NCBI GenBank assembly: GCA_017617435.1
Contig: JAFZWF010000018.1
Coordinates: 52,642 to 116,641 of the forward strand
Direction of reading: 5' to 3'
DNA: 64,000 nt
Source: Bacilli bacterium
GTDB lineage: Bacteria; Bacillota_I; Bacilli_A; RF39; UBA660
This document shows, one piece after another, positions 18,675 through 27,565 of this stretch. How positions within the stretch are numbered: the stretch's first letter is position 1; each line of letters begins with the position of its first letter. The notes under the pieces were generated by a model. It searched no databases, was not told the origin of the DNA, and was given only the letters and a program-made list of their open reading frames with translations. Position numbers and translations under genes: made by a program.

Positions 18675-19870
18675 TATTCATTCCTCATTTCTTCATAAGC
18701 TTTGTATAAATTTGCTTCGTATTTATTAAATCTTGGATTATAATATTTTCTATTTTTTAAATTTTTAGGCATATATTCTTGTTTAACCCATGATTTAGGA
18801 TAATCATGTGGATATTTATATGTTTTAGTATCAATTCTAATATTTTCTGGTATATCTCCAGTAATACCATTTTCTATATCTTGATAAGCTGCTAGTGCAG
18901 CGGATGATGCAGAATTAGATTTAGGTGATAAAGCCATTTCGATAACAATTTCTCCAAGTATTATAATGCATTCTGGCATTCCGACAAGTTCTGATGCTTC
19001 AATTGCAGCATGTAGTTTTGGACCAATTGATGGATTTGCAAGGCCTATATCTTCATATGCTATAACAGAAAGTCTTCTATAAACACTATCTAAATCACCA
19101 ACGTATAAAAGTCTACATAAATAGTGTATTGCGGCATCTGGATCAGATCCTCTAATAGATTTTTGAAATGCACTTAAAGTATCATAGTGACCTGTTTCAT
19201 TTTTATCATGAAAGAATACAGGTTTAGAATTAATTTTTTTAAGTAAATCTATAGTAACTTCATGATCTGTAGTAGAGTAGTAAGCCATTTCAAGTATATT
19301 ATATGCACTTCTTATATCTCCGTTTGAAAGTGCTGCAATATATTTTAGTTCCTCATCAGTTATTTTTATATCTTTTAAATAATCTACACCTTTATTTAAA
19401 CCTTTAATAATATCATCATTAGTTAAACTTTTAAGTTCAAATATTTGACATCTACTTCTTATTGCAGGATTTATTTTATGATATGGATTTGATGTTGTTA
19501 AACCAATTAAAATAATAGTTCCATTTTCAATATGAGGCAGCAAGATATCTTGTTTATCTTTATTCATTCTATGAATTTCATCGACAACTAAAAGAAGTGT
19601 GCCTTCCATTTTTGCCTCAGCTATAACAATATCAAAATCCTGTTTATTATTTACTGTAGCATTTAAAAATCTTACAGGAAGTTCAAGTTCATTTGCAATA
19701 ACTTGAGCAATTGTTGTTTTACCAATTCCTGGTTTTCCATATAAAATCATGGAAAACATTTTTTTGTTTTTTATAAGATTATTAATAATTTTACCTTTAC
19801 CGATTATATGATCTTGACCTAAAACATCTTCTAACTTTTTAGGTCTTAATTCATTTGCTAATATTTCCAT
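18674..19870 (-). CDS. rarA: replication-associated recombination protein A (AAA+ ATPase, MgsA/RarA)
   Basis: LRPKKLEDVLGQ, Walker A GKPGIGKTT, Walker B LLVVDEIHR, the MgsA C-terminal domain (HYDTLSAFQKSIRGSDPDAA) and YKYPHDY. ATG 19870 is preferred (GGTGGG SD); the longest ORF reaches 19882. Confidence 0.9.
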   Translation of the reverse strand: MEILANELRPKKLEDVLGQDHIIGKGKIINNLIKNKKMFSMILYGKPGIGKTTIAQVIANELELPVRFLNATVNNKQDFDIVIAEAKMEGTLLLVVDEIHRMNKDKQDILLPHIENGTIILIGLTTSNPYHKINPAIRSRCQIFELKSLTNDDIIKGLNKGVDYLKDIKITDEELKYIAALSNGDIRSAYNILEMAYYSTTDHEVTIDLLKKINSKPVFFHDKNETGHYDTLSAFQKSIRGSDPDAAIHYLCRLLYVGDLDSVYRRLSVIAYEDIGLANPSIGPKLHAAIEASELVGMPECIIILGEIVIEMALSPKSNSASSAALAAYQDIENGITGDIPENIRIDTKTYKYPHDYPKSWVKQEYMPKNLKNRKYYNPRFNKYEANLYKAYEEMRNE

Positions 19871-19909
19871 ACTACCCACCATGAATATTATAACAAATTA
19901 AAATATAAA

Positions 19910-19938
19910 TTGACACATATTCATTAATTAAATATAAT
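19910..19938 (+). promoter_or_regulatory. sigma-A-type promoter
   Basis: TTGACA (19910-19915), 17-nt spacer, TATAAT (19933-19938). SD GGAGG precedes ATG 19970. Confidence 0.6.
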
Positions 19939-19969
19939 AAAAAAAGCAGCTTAAATGGAGGAATAAAAA

Positions 19970-20434
19970 ATGGATAATAAAGAAAAAAATATAGAAAAGA
20001 TAAAAATTAATGAAAAAGATAAAAAAATAATCAAAGACTACTGCTTTAAAAATTATCACAAAGAAAATTTAAGAAATAAAAAAATAGTGCTTACTTATAT
20101 ATCACAAGCAATTAAAAGAGAACTTGATGATAAATCCATTGATTTTATTATAAAGGAATTCATTAGTAAAAATGCATCAATATCTGATTTTGATGATAAT
20201 ACTTTAAATAATGTTCTTGCTACAATATTTTCATATATTGATACTCATTTTCAAATAATACCTGCTCTTCGTCTAAATAGTATTAGATTAGAATATAAAC
20301 CTCAAATAGATTTTTCGGGTGTAAGATATGAAGACGATACCATTGTATATTCAGAAAAAGGAAATTCTACACAAGAACCACATGGTTGGGTAAGAGGTAG
20401 TTTACCAGTAGATACAAAAAAAGAAAGATTTTAA
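19970..20434 (+). CDS. hypothetical protein (154 aa)
   Basis: ORF with a strong promoter and SD. No recognisable motif. Confidence 0.6.
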   Translation: MDNKEKNIEKIKINEKDKKIIKDYCFKNYHKENLRNKKIVLTYISQAIKRELDDKSIDFIIKEFISKNASISDFDDNTLNNVLATIFSYIDTHFQIIPALRLNSIRLEYKPQIDFSGVRYEDDTIVYSEKGNSTQEPHGWVRGSLPVDTKKERF

Positions 20435-20447
20435 TCTTTCTTTTTTT
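20415..20447. terminator. bidirectional terminator
   Basis: AAGAAAGAT (20421-20429) pairs with ATCTTTCTT (20434-20442). A-run on the 5' side, T-run on the 3' side. Confidence 0.65.
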
Positions 20448-20456
20448 AATTAATAA

Positions 20457-20567
20457 TTAATGACATTCATTATTATTACGTCTAGAAGAATTTTCTTTAT
20501 TTTGTTGTTTATTATTATTTTTTTGATTTCTATTTTGTTTTTGTTCTTCTTTTCTATTTCTTCTCAT
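20457..20567 (-). CDS. 36-aa highly basic, polar micro-protein (MRRNRKEEQKQNRNQKNNNKQQNKENSSRRNNNECH), not in the ORF track
   Basis: Perfect AGGAGG SD about 9 nt upstream of the ATG. Convergent onto the bidirectional terminator. Confidence 0.4.
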   Translation of the reverse strand: MRRNRKEEQKQNRNQKNNNKQQNKENSSRRNNNECH

Positions 20568-20732
20568 AAATAATTTACCTCCTATTAGTAGTATGCTCGT
20601 ATGCAAATATATTAATATGGTAATTATTGTAAAAATATATTGTTATTTTTACCGATAAATTATATAATAAATAGCACTTATTTTAATAAGGTTTTTCCAA
20701 ATATATTATTTTAATAGAAAGATGTGTTATTT

Positions 20733-21161
20733 ATGAATAAAAATAAAAAAGATACACATATACTACTTAAATTAATATATCCTATAACTTATATCACTTT
20801 AGGTTCTATTGCTATAACTGCATACTTTCAAAAACAAGACAAAAATAAGAAAATAATCGAACATGAATATATACTTACGTGTTCAAACGGTTATATGGAT
20901 ATTAATTATTTTGGCACCAAAGAAATAATTAAAAGTGAGTTTAAAGAATTTATTGATTATTTAAGTTTAGATGATAAATCACTAGTTGTATTTGTTTATG
21001 ATATAGATCAAGATAAAGCATTGTCTAAAGCAAATTTTATTAAAAATCATCTTGATTTTGATAATGATAATAATATCATTATCAAATCTAACTTTCTTAA
21101 TAAAGAAATATTTGAATATATTTATAAAGATTTAAATAACAAGACAAGAACAAGAAAATAA
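20733..21161 (+). CDS. single-pass membrane protein, paralog family member 1
   Basis: N-terminal TM helix plus a conserved C-terminal domain shared with the next two genes. ATG 20733 is preferred over GTG 20724. Confidence 0.6.
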   Translation: MNKNKKDTHILLKLIYPITYITLGSIAITAYFQKQDKNKKIIEHEYILTCSNGYMDINYFGTKEIIKSEFKEFIDYLSLDDKSLVVFVYDIDQDKALSKANFIKNHLDFDNDNNIIIKSNFLNKEIFEYIYKDLNNKTRTRK

Positions 21162-21194
21162 GTTATAATATTAAATTAAAGAAAGAGAGAGTTG

Positions 21195-21695
21195 ATGAAG
21201 ATGTCAGAATTTGATTTTAATTATACTGAAAATAATGGAAAGATGAATAATAAAAAAACTAAATCATTAAATGATAAAAAGGTCGTTAATTATGTATTAG
21301 CAGGTGGAATTTTTCTTGGAGGGTTAACAACAGGAATTATAATTGGTTCAAGTCAAACAGAAAGCGACTATAAAAAAACTAAAGAAAAAGAATGTGCTGC
21401 AATTGTTATTCAAAATGGAGAAATCAAAGTGTATGATTTGGGTACACAGGATGTTAGAAAGAAAATGGATAAAAACTACGAAAAATACTATTTTGAAGAA
21501 AGTAAAACAGCTGTTTATATTATCTATGGTGATGAAGCATTTAATAGAGCACAACTTATCACATATAATATTGAATTAGATAAAAATAATTATTTAATTA
21601 ATGATGGTTTATTTAGTGATGAATATTATTATGAATATAAAAAATTAGATGAAAATGGTGTAAAAACTAGTAGTATCAGTCGTAAAGCTGAATAA
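21195..21695 (+). CDS. single-pass membrane protein, paralog family member 2
   Basis: TM helix (VLAGGIFLGGLTTGIIIG) and shared motifs (IKVYD, VYIIYG, NIELDKNNYLI, YYYEY). The start could be 21192, 21195 or 21201. Confidence 0.6.
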   Translation: MKMSEFDFNYTENNGKMNNKKTKSLNDKKVVNYVLAGGIFLGGLTTGIIIGSSQTESDYKKTKEKECAAIVIQNGEIKVYDLGTQDVRKKMDKNYEKYYFEESKTAVYIIYGDEAFNRAQLITYNIELDKNNYLINDGLFSDEYYYEYKKLDENGVKTSSISRKAE

Positions 21696-21724
21696 TTTAA
21701 TATAACAGAAGGGCAGAGGTTTTT

Positions 21725-22225
21725 ATGATAATGAGAAATCCTGATAGAAAGTTTGAAAGACTTGGTATTGATTTTGATAGTGATCCAGTTGTTATTAATA
21801 ACGAATCTAATGTAACAAAAAAGGAAGATATACTTATAAATGTTGTATCATTTACTTTGGCCACATCTTTAGTTGGCATTATAATAATACCAAATGCAAA
21901 ATCGTGTGAACATTTAAAAATTTACAAGACTTCTTCACTTATAGTAATAAATAATCATGAAATTCATATCTATGATAATGTACCTATTGAAGAAGTACAT
22001 ACAAAAAATAAATATAATATAATTGAATTAAATAATCAAAACTGGTTAATTTATGTTTATGGTGCCAATGCATCACAATATTCTGATTTTATGGCATCTA
22101 ATATATATTTTGATGAAAATAACAAAATCGTTTTAGATTCATTTAAATTAACAGATGAAAACTTTGAATATTTTATCAATAACGAAAACTCAAATGATAA
22201 TAATTCACGCGTAAGAAAAGGGTAG
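21725..22225 (+). CDS. single-pass membrane protein, paralog family member 3
   Basis: TM helix (FTLATSLVGIIIIP) and shared motifs (IHIYD, LIYVYG, NIYFDENNKIV, NFEYF). Confidence 0.6.
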   Translation: MIMRNPDRKFERLGIDFDSDPVVINNESNVTKKEDILINVVSFTLATSLVGIIIIPNAKSCEHLKIYKTSSLIVINNHEIHIYDNVPIEEVHTKNKYNIIELNNQNWLIYVYGANASQYSDFMASNIYFDENNKIVLDSFKLTDENFEYFINNENSNDNNSRVRKG

Positions 22226-22234
22226 TGATACGCT

Positions 22235-22687
22235 TTGAAAAAAATAAGTAAACTAAAATTATTAATTAAAGAAAAAGAAAGAGAACTTGATCAAAAATAT
22301 ATTAAAGAGATGAATAATATTAAAGACTATTATTTATCTTATGTATATTACAAAGCTTTATCTAAATACTGTTTATTTGAAATATATAACGCACTTTTAA
22401 TGAGTTCAACTACTGAAGAAGAATTTGAAAAAAAATTACAAGATCTAATGTTTGAAATAAGTCAGTTTAGATATACTGATAAAGATTATATTAGAGAAAA
22501 CTATAATTCTAAAATTAAAGAACTTAAATATGATGTAAAAAAAGAAGAATTATTTGCAAGTTCTATGATTTATGAAAAAATAGAAGATTATAACTATGAA
22601 TCAAATAGAAATAGGGATAAAGAACTGGATAAAGTAAAAAAATCATTTATTAGAAGGAGAACTCAAAATGGAAAACAAAATAAATAA
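22235..22687 (+). CDS. hypothetical protein (150 aa, charged, probably coiled-coil)
   Basis: ORF with a TTG start in the same transcription direction. No recognisable motif. Confidence 0.5.
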   Translation: MKKISKLKLLIKEKERELDQKYIKEMNNIKDYYLSYVYYKALSKYCLFEIYNALLMSSTTEEEFEKKLQDLMFEISQFRYTDKDYIRENYNSKIKELKYDVKKEELFASSMIYEKIEDYNYESNRNRDKELDKVKKSFIRRRTQNGKQNK

Positions 22688-22940
22688 TGTTACTGAAATG
22701 AAAAATATATATGATGCATTATCTAATATGTATGATAATATCTTGCTTAAAGGAGTAGAGTTATCCGTTGAATATTTTTATCCAATTATAAATTCAATTA
22801 ATACAAATGATTTATTATTTTTAAAACATGGTATTAAATATTATAATCTTAGCAGTAATATAGATAAAAATACATATTTTTCTAATTTAATTGATTCATG
22901 TATTCAAAATAGATTAGGAAAAGGATTAAGTAGAGATTAA
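22668..22940 (+). CDS. hypothetical protein (90 aa)
   Basis: AGGAG SD before the ATG. 20-nt overlap with the upstream ORF. Confidence 0.5.
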   Translation: MENKINNVTEMKNIYDALSNMYDNILLKGVELSVEYFYPIINSINTNDLLFLKHGIKYYNLSSNIDKNTYFSNLIDSCIQNRLGKGLSRD

Positions 22941-22946
22941 AAAAAT

Positions 22947-22973
22947 AGAGTAGTGGTAACTACTCTTTTTTTA
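22947..22973 (+). terminator. rho-independent terminator
   Basis: AGAGTAGT (22947-22954) pairs with ACTACTCT (22959-22966), then TTTTTT. Confidence 0.75.
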
Positions 22974-23009
22974 GTTAATAAATTATATTAATCTATAATA
23001 TAATTTATT

Positions 23010-23750
23010 ATGAATAAAGGATTAATATTATCTATTATAGCTGGTTTTACAACTTTATCTGGTATGTTATTTACTATTAACTATAAAGATCAAAAAAGAA
23101 TTAATAGAGTCATAACTATATCTTTATCAATGGCATTTATTGTGATGATTTTAATAAGTATTTTTGATTTATTTATAGAATCTCTTGATATACTTAAAAA
23201 TAAGCCATTTTTAAACATTTTTATATATATTTTGATTAATTATACTATTATATATATATTACTTAAAATAAAGCCTAAAAATAATGAAAATATGATAGAG
23301 AAGGGGGAGCTTTATTTTTTAGGTATCTATAATATGATAGCACTACTTTTTCATAATATACCAGAAGGAATAATTACATGTATTACAAGTAATTATAATT
23401 TAAAACTTGGAATAAAAATAACAACTAGTATAATTATACATAATATTCCTGAAGGAATTTCAATTGCAGTACCAATATACTACGCAACTAAAAATAGATT
23501 AAAAACATTTAAATATGTATTTATAGCATCAATTGGTGAACCAATTGGAGCTATTATCCCCCTACTTTTATTTAAAAAATTAGTAGGGGGAGTATATATT
23601 GGATATATCCTTATAACTATAGCAATATTAATGATTAGTATATCTATATTTAAAATATTTCCTCAAATAAAAACCAATAAAAATAAAGATATTTTTACTG
23701 GTTTAATAATTGGTTTAGTTATATTTTTAATTAATATATTGTTAACTTAA
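23010..23750 (+). CDS. zupT: ZIP-family zinc transporter
   Basis: Two HNIPEG motifs (LLFHNIPEGI and IIIHNIPEGI), 246 aa, multi-TM, and N- and C-terminal similarity to ZupT. Confidence 0.8.
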   Translation: MNKGLILSIIAGFTTLSGMLFTINYKDQKRINRVITISLSMAFIVMILISIFDLFIESLDILKNKPFLNIFIYILINYTIIYILLKIKPKNNENMIEKGELYFLGIYNMIALLFHNIPEGIITCITSNYNLKLGIKITTSIIIHNIPEGISIAVPIYYATKNRLKTFKYVFIASIGEPIGAIIPLLLFKKLVGGVYIGYILITIAILMISISIFKIFPQIKTNKNKDIFTGLIIGLVIFLINILLT

Positions 23751-23764
23751 AGTGGTTAACATAA

Positions 23765-24184
23765 TTAAAATGGTTTTCTTTGATGTGTAATTTCTTCTTC
23801 ATCACTTACCACTTTAATACCATTTTCTTCTAAGAATTTGTTAACTTCTTTTGCTTCTGATACAGTTATTTTGTTATTTAATTTAAGATTATTTAAAAGT
23901 GTGTGATAATCTGAATTCTTTATCGTTTTATTTGGATTATTATTACCAATTTTTAATAATTGTTCTTTAAAATAATTTAAAACTATATTTTCATCATTTC
24001 TAACATTATTTAATATACTTTCAATAACATCTAAATCTTTATCAATTATTTTATAAATATTTTCATGAACTAAAGGATTTAATTTTGATACTTTTAATCT
24101 TAGTTCACAAATTCTTCTTATAACTTGATTTTGAAGTCTTAAAGCTTCTATTTGATTCTTATTTCTTTCTGTATTATATTCCAT
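23765..24184 (-). CDS. hypothetical protein (139 aa)
   Basis: Third gene of the minus-strand operon driven by conserved promoter copy 3. C-terminal FLEENGIKVV motif. Confidence 0.55.
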   Translation of the reverse strand: MEYNTERNKNQIEALRLQNQVIRRICELRLKVSKLNPLVHENIYKIIDKDLDVIESILNNVRNDENIVLNYFKEQLLKIGNNNPNKTIKNSDYHTLLNNLKLNNKITVSEAKEVNKFLEENGIKVVSDEEEITHQRKPF

Positions 24185-24192
24185 ATATCTCT

Positions 24193-24492
24193 CTACCCTT
24201 TTCTAATTCTACTTACATTATCTTTATCATATGATTTAGTTTTAATCTTATTAACTCTAATCTTATCAACGATTTGAATTGAATGATATTGTAAATAGTT
24301 ATATATTAATTCTTCTACTTCTTTAACTATAATACCGTTTCTTTCAAAGAAGTATATAGCATTATGTAAAGATCTTCGATCAATATATCCATCTTTATCA
24401 GCTAGTGATAAAACGTATTCTTCAACCATTTGGATATTTATTTTAATATCATCGATTCTTTTTAATTCATCTACTAATTTGTATAAATCCAT
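24193..24492 (-). CDS. hypothetical protein (99 aa)
   Basis: Second gene of the same operon. FFERNGIIVKEVEE motif. Confidence 0.55.
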   Translation of the reverse strand: MDLYKLVDELKRIDDIKINIQMVEEYVLSLADKDGYIDRRSLHNAIYFFERNGIIVKEVEELIYNYLQYHSIQIVDKIRVNKIKTKSYDKDNVSRIRKG

Positions 24493-24504
24493 AATTTTTA
24501 CCCC

Positions 24505-24711
24505 CTATTTTGTTTTTGGTGCGTTTTTTATAACAGACATTCTGTATATTCTTTTTCCTTCATCAATCGCACTTAAAACACTTAATAATTCAGCTTTCAT
24601 AAATTTAAGTTCATATTCTTTTTCTTTTTTAGTTGTAAATCCAATGGTTAAATCATGTGGATTTACTCCCCTATTATGTTTAATCATGTTAGTAGGCTTA
24701 TTATTTTTCAT
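24505..24711 (-). CDS. hypothetical protein (68 aa)
   Basis: GGGGGA SD and the conserved promoter/5'-UTR module lie directly upstream. The overlapping plus-strand ORF 24479-24715 is rejected. Confidence 0.6.
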   Translation of the reverse strand: MKNNKPTNMIKHNRGVNPHDLTIGFTTKKEKEYELKFMKAELLSVLSAIDEGKRIYRMSVIKNAPKTK

Positions 24712-24735
24712 ATAATCCCCCTATACATGAGAATA

Positions 24736-24764
24736 ATTATAACAAAATATCGAACAAATGTCAA
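24736..24764 (-). promoter_or_regulatory. conserved promoter module, copy 3
   Basis: The reverse complement reads TTGACATTTGTTCGATATTTTGTTATAAT. Confidence 0.75.
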
Positions 24765-24772
24765 ACTTTGAT

Positions 24773-24804
24773 AAAAAAATACCTAATATAAACTAGGTAT
24801 TTTT
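24773..24804. terminator. bidirectional-type terminator after the 24806-25099 gene
   Basis: AAATACCTA (24777-24785) pairs with TAGGTATTT (24794-24802). Flanked by A7 and T-runs. Confidence 0.7.
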
Positions 24805-24805
24805 A

Positions 24806-25099
24806 TTAACTATTTATCCTTTTTTTCTCTATTTTACATAAATATTGATTATAAATAAGTGATGAAACTATACTCATATACTCTTCTAAATTAGTTAAAT
24901 TATCTTTGTATCTATCAAATACATATGATGTAATCTTATACTTATTTTTCATTGATAGTTCATAATAAGTACTTAATTTATGATAATATTTAGTATTTAG
25001 TTCTTCTTTTAATCTAATAAATTCAAAAATATAAGATTCAACAAAAATACGTTTTTCTTCTTTTGTTATTCTTTTACTAACCATAATAGTGTTATCCAT
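24806..25099 (-). CDS. hypothetical protein (97 aa)
   Basis: ORF with an SD-like GAGG upstream. No recognisable motif. Confidence 0.5.
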   Translation of the reverse strand: MDNTIMVSKRITKEEKRIFVESYIFEFIRLKEELNTKYYHKLSTYYELSMKNKYKITSYVFDRYKDNLTNLEEYMSIVSSLIYNQYLCKIEKKRINS

Positions 25100-25169
25100 A
25101 ATAATTACCTCTTTTTTAACTTAACCCAACGAGTATAATTATACAATATTATATGGATATTTTAAATAA

Positions 25170-25718
25170 TTATTTATTATTATTATTATTACCTGGTTTT
25201 CTCTTTCTTACAGGTCCTTTTTTCTCTTTTGTAGGATCTGTGTATGTTTTTTCAATATAACCACATATCTTACATTTTCTTGACCATAAGCCGTTATTAT
25301 TTACCCATTTTTCTTCCATTACATGATTATTAGGTAAACACATAGGTACTTTATTTTGTTTTTCTTCTCTTAATTGTTTCATATAATAATTATTAATCGT
25401 TCTTAAAATATTTATTTGCATTATATCTTTTTGTTTATCAAAATTTATATATTTTAAATATATTTCATATATTTTCTTATAAGCATCTTCTTTATATTTA
25501 CCATTTAGTTGATCAAATTTATCAAATGTATCTTTATTACGTTTCATGATAACTTCATCACTTTTAAGTAAATCTAAATAATCATTAATTATTGCAATAA
25601 TTTCATCAAGATCACTACTTCTTTTAGGAGTAACTGCAGTTTTTTCTTGTTCTTTTTTCTTTTTCTTTTCATCATCTGGAAATCCAGGTTTAATTATAAA
25701 ATCTTTATAATTACTCAT
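25170..25718 (-). CDS. hypothetical protein with a C-terminal zinc-ribbon-like motif and basic tails
   Basis: AAAGGAGGA SD. TTGAAT-16-TATAAT with a TG extension upstream. C-x3-H...C-x2-C arrangement (CLPNNH...CKICG). Confidence 0.55.
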   Translation of the reverse strand: MSNYKDFIIKPGFPDDEKKKKKEQEKTAVTPKRSSDLDEIIAIINDYLDLLKSDEVIMKRNKDTFDKFDQLNGKYKEDAYKKIYEIYLKYINFDKQKDIMQINILRTINNYYMKQLREEKQNKVPMCLPNNHVMEEKWVNNNGLWSRKCKICGYIEKTYTDPTKEKKGPVRKRKPGNNNNNK

Positions 25719-25809
25719 AAATTATATTAATCCTCCTTTCTTTTTATATACGAAAAGTCTTTTAATTAGTACCCATTCTTTTGTATTGGGAACAATATTA
25801 TATCACATT

Positions 25810-25845
25810 AAAATAAAAATTCAACCACTATTAAAATGGTTGAAT
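25810..25845 (-). terminator. rho-independent terminator of the XRE-family gene
   Basis: ATTCAACCA (25819-25827) pairs with TGGTTGAAT (25837-25845), with a T-run on the minus strand. Confidence 0.7.
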
Positions 25846-25868
25846 TACTTATTAATTTTTATTAAATA

Positions 25869-26645
25869 TTATAAATATCTTGATTCAATCTCAGCAATTT
25901 TATCCATAACTTCTTCATAGTTATCTGCTGTAACTTTATCATAACCAAGTTCTCTTAAAGCTTGTACTTTATAAGTGTTAAGTTGTTGAGTTCTTGTAAG
26001 TTTTTCTTCATTTCTTCTTTCAATTTCTTGAACAAATTTTTCATGAGAATCAGATACACGAGATCTTGATGCACCACCTGTATTATAAAGATTAAGTGCA
26101 GAATATAAAATTCCCTCAAAAATAAATTGTTTATCTTCATTAAATTTATATTCATCATGCTTAATAAATCCAGTTATTTTACTAATATAACCAAAGAAAT
26201 AATTAATTTCTGGAACATTATCAATAGATTGAAGAAGATGATATAAATATGTTGCAGATGCTACATTTTCTTTTTTATTCTTTTCATCTATAAGTCTTTC
26301 TTTAAGTAAATAAGTAATGTCCATTAAAAGATCTTGTTCTTCTTTATCTAAACCTTTTAAATCAAAATAACTATCTAAATCAGAAGCTGATTTTACTCCT
26401 TGGTTAAGTCTATTTTCAACTTCCATTAAATATTCAGTAGTAACGTTAATACCAGAAATAGTATCATCATCACCATCATCTATATTAAGAAGTTTAAAAA
26501 GTAATATTTTCTTTTCTTTAGGCCATTTATTTATATCATTAAGTTCTAAGTAGTTATAGACCATTTGTCTAGACACACCTAAGTATTTAGCCAGCCTTAC
26601 TTTAGATACTCCAAGTTCTTGTAATAATTCATTTAATTTACTCAT
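25869..26645 (-). CDS. XRE-family helix-turn-helix transcriptional regulator with a long C-terminal domain
   Basis: N-terminal HTH (LGVSKVRLAKYLGVSRQMVYNYL). ATG 26645 is preferred because the GAGGGAAG SD overlaps the GTG at 26654. Confidence 0.7.
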   Translation of the reverse strand: MSKLNELLQELGVSKVRLAKYLGVSRQMVYNYLELNDINKWPKEKKILLFKLLNIDDGDDDTISGINVTTEYLMEVENRLNQGVKSASDLDSYFDLKGLDKEEQDLLMDITYLLKERLIDEKNKKENVASATYLYHLLQSIDNVPEINYFFGYISKITGFIKHDEYKFNEDKQFIFEGILYSALNLYNTGGASRSRVSDSHEKFVQEIERRNEEKLTRTQQLNTYKVQALRELGYDKVTADNYEEVMDKIAEIESRYL

Positions 26646-26749
26646 AATAGACACTTCCCTCTTCTATTAAACTATTTACAATTAAAATATATCATAGTTA
26701 ACATTTATGTGTCAAGTAAAGTGTATAGATTTTAAAAAAGAACTTATAT

Positions 26750-27490
26750 TTAATATAAGTTCTTTTCTCTTCTGGTTAAAAGAGGTATACATCTTTTTTG
26801 AACATGTGAATGTTTATCGAGTTCTTCTTTATTTTCTTCAGCTAGTTTATAGTATGATTCTATTTCACCATTTAAATAACTTCTTAAAATAATATATAAA
26901 GATATATCATCATATTTAACGCCATATTTTTGATTTAAATCGAGTAATATTTCATGAGCTTTGTTAGCATCATCAAGTGATGCATCTAAAGAGTTATAAT
27001 TAATAAGATTTAAATCAAGTATTTTATCGATGCCTTTTTTAGTAGGTCTAAAAAATCTTGCTGAATAAACCATTTTTGATCCAGATTTATATAAATTTCT
27101 GCAAGAATAAATATTATCTACTTCCATTAAATTCTTTTTTATAAATAATAAGAATTCTTTCATCATTGAACCATTTATATAAGTTGTATAGTTTTCAAAT
27201 AAATCTCTTACTTGTAAGTTTGTTGTTAAGTACATATCTACTATATTAAATTCATGACCATATTTTAATTTAAATTCTTCACTATTAATTAAGTTACTTA
27301 ATTTTAAAAGGTTATTTCTTATATCAATATAAAAAGTTAGTTGTTTTCCTTCTCCTATTTTTAAGTAATCTTTATAAAATTTATGAATTGTTCCCTTTGT
27401 TACACCGTTATTTGATGAATAAAAATCTTCGCACATTTTTATGTAGTTCATATTATATTTTAAATTAGTACTCATATTAAATTTTTCCAT
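26750..27490 (-). CDS. hypothetical protein (246 aa)
   Basis: Long ORF with its stop embedded in the hairpin at 26735-26766. No recognisable motif. Confidence 0.55.
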   Translation of the reverse strand: MEKFNMSTNLKYNMNYIKMCEDFYSSNNGVTKGTIHKFYKDYLKIGEGKQLTFYIDIRNNLLKLSNLINSEEFKLKYGHEFNIVDMYLTTNLQVRDLFENYTTYINGSMMKEFLLFIKKNLMEVDNIYSCRNLYKSGSKMVYSARFFRPTKKGIDKILDLNLINYNSLDASLDDANKAHEILLDLNQKYGVKYDDISLYIILRSYLNGEIESYYKLAEENKEELDKHSHVQKRCIPLLTRREKNLY

Positions 27491-27565
27491 ATTTATTCCC
27501 CTTTTTTAAAAAAGTGAATATATTATATTAAATATATATATAAAAAGCAAATAAAAAATGAAAAG

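Noticed and set aside
24479-24715. Plus-strand 78-aa ORF opposite the 24505-24711 gene.
   Set aside because: The minus-strand ORF is preceded by the conserved promoter, UTR hairpin and G5 SD. The plus-strand ORF has none of these.
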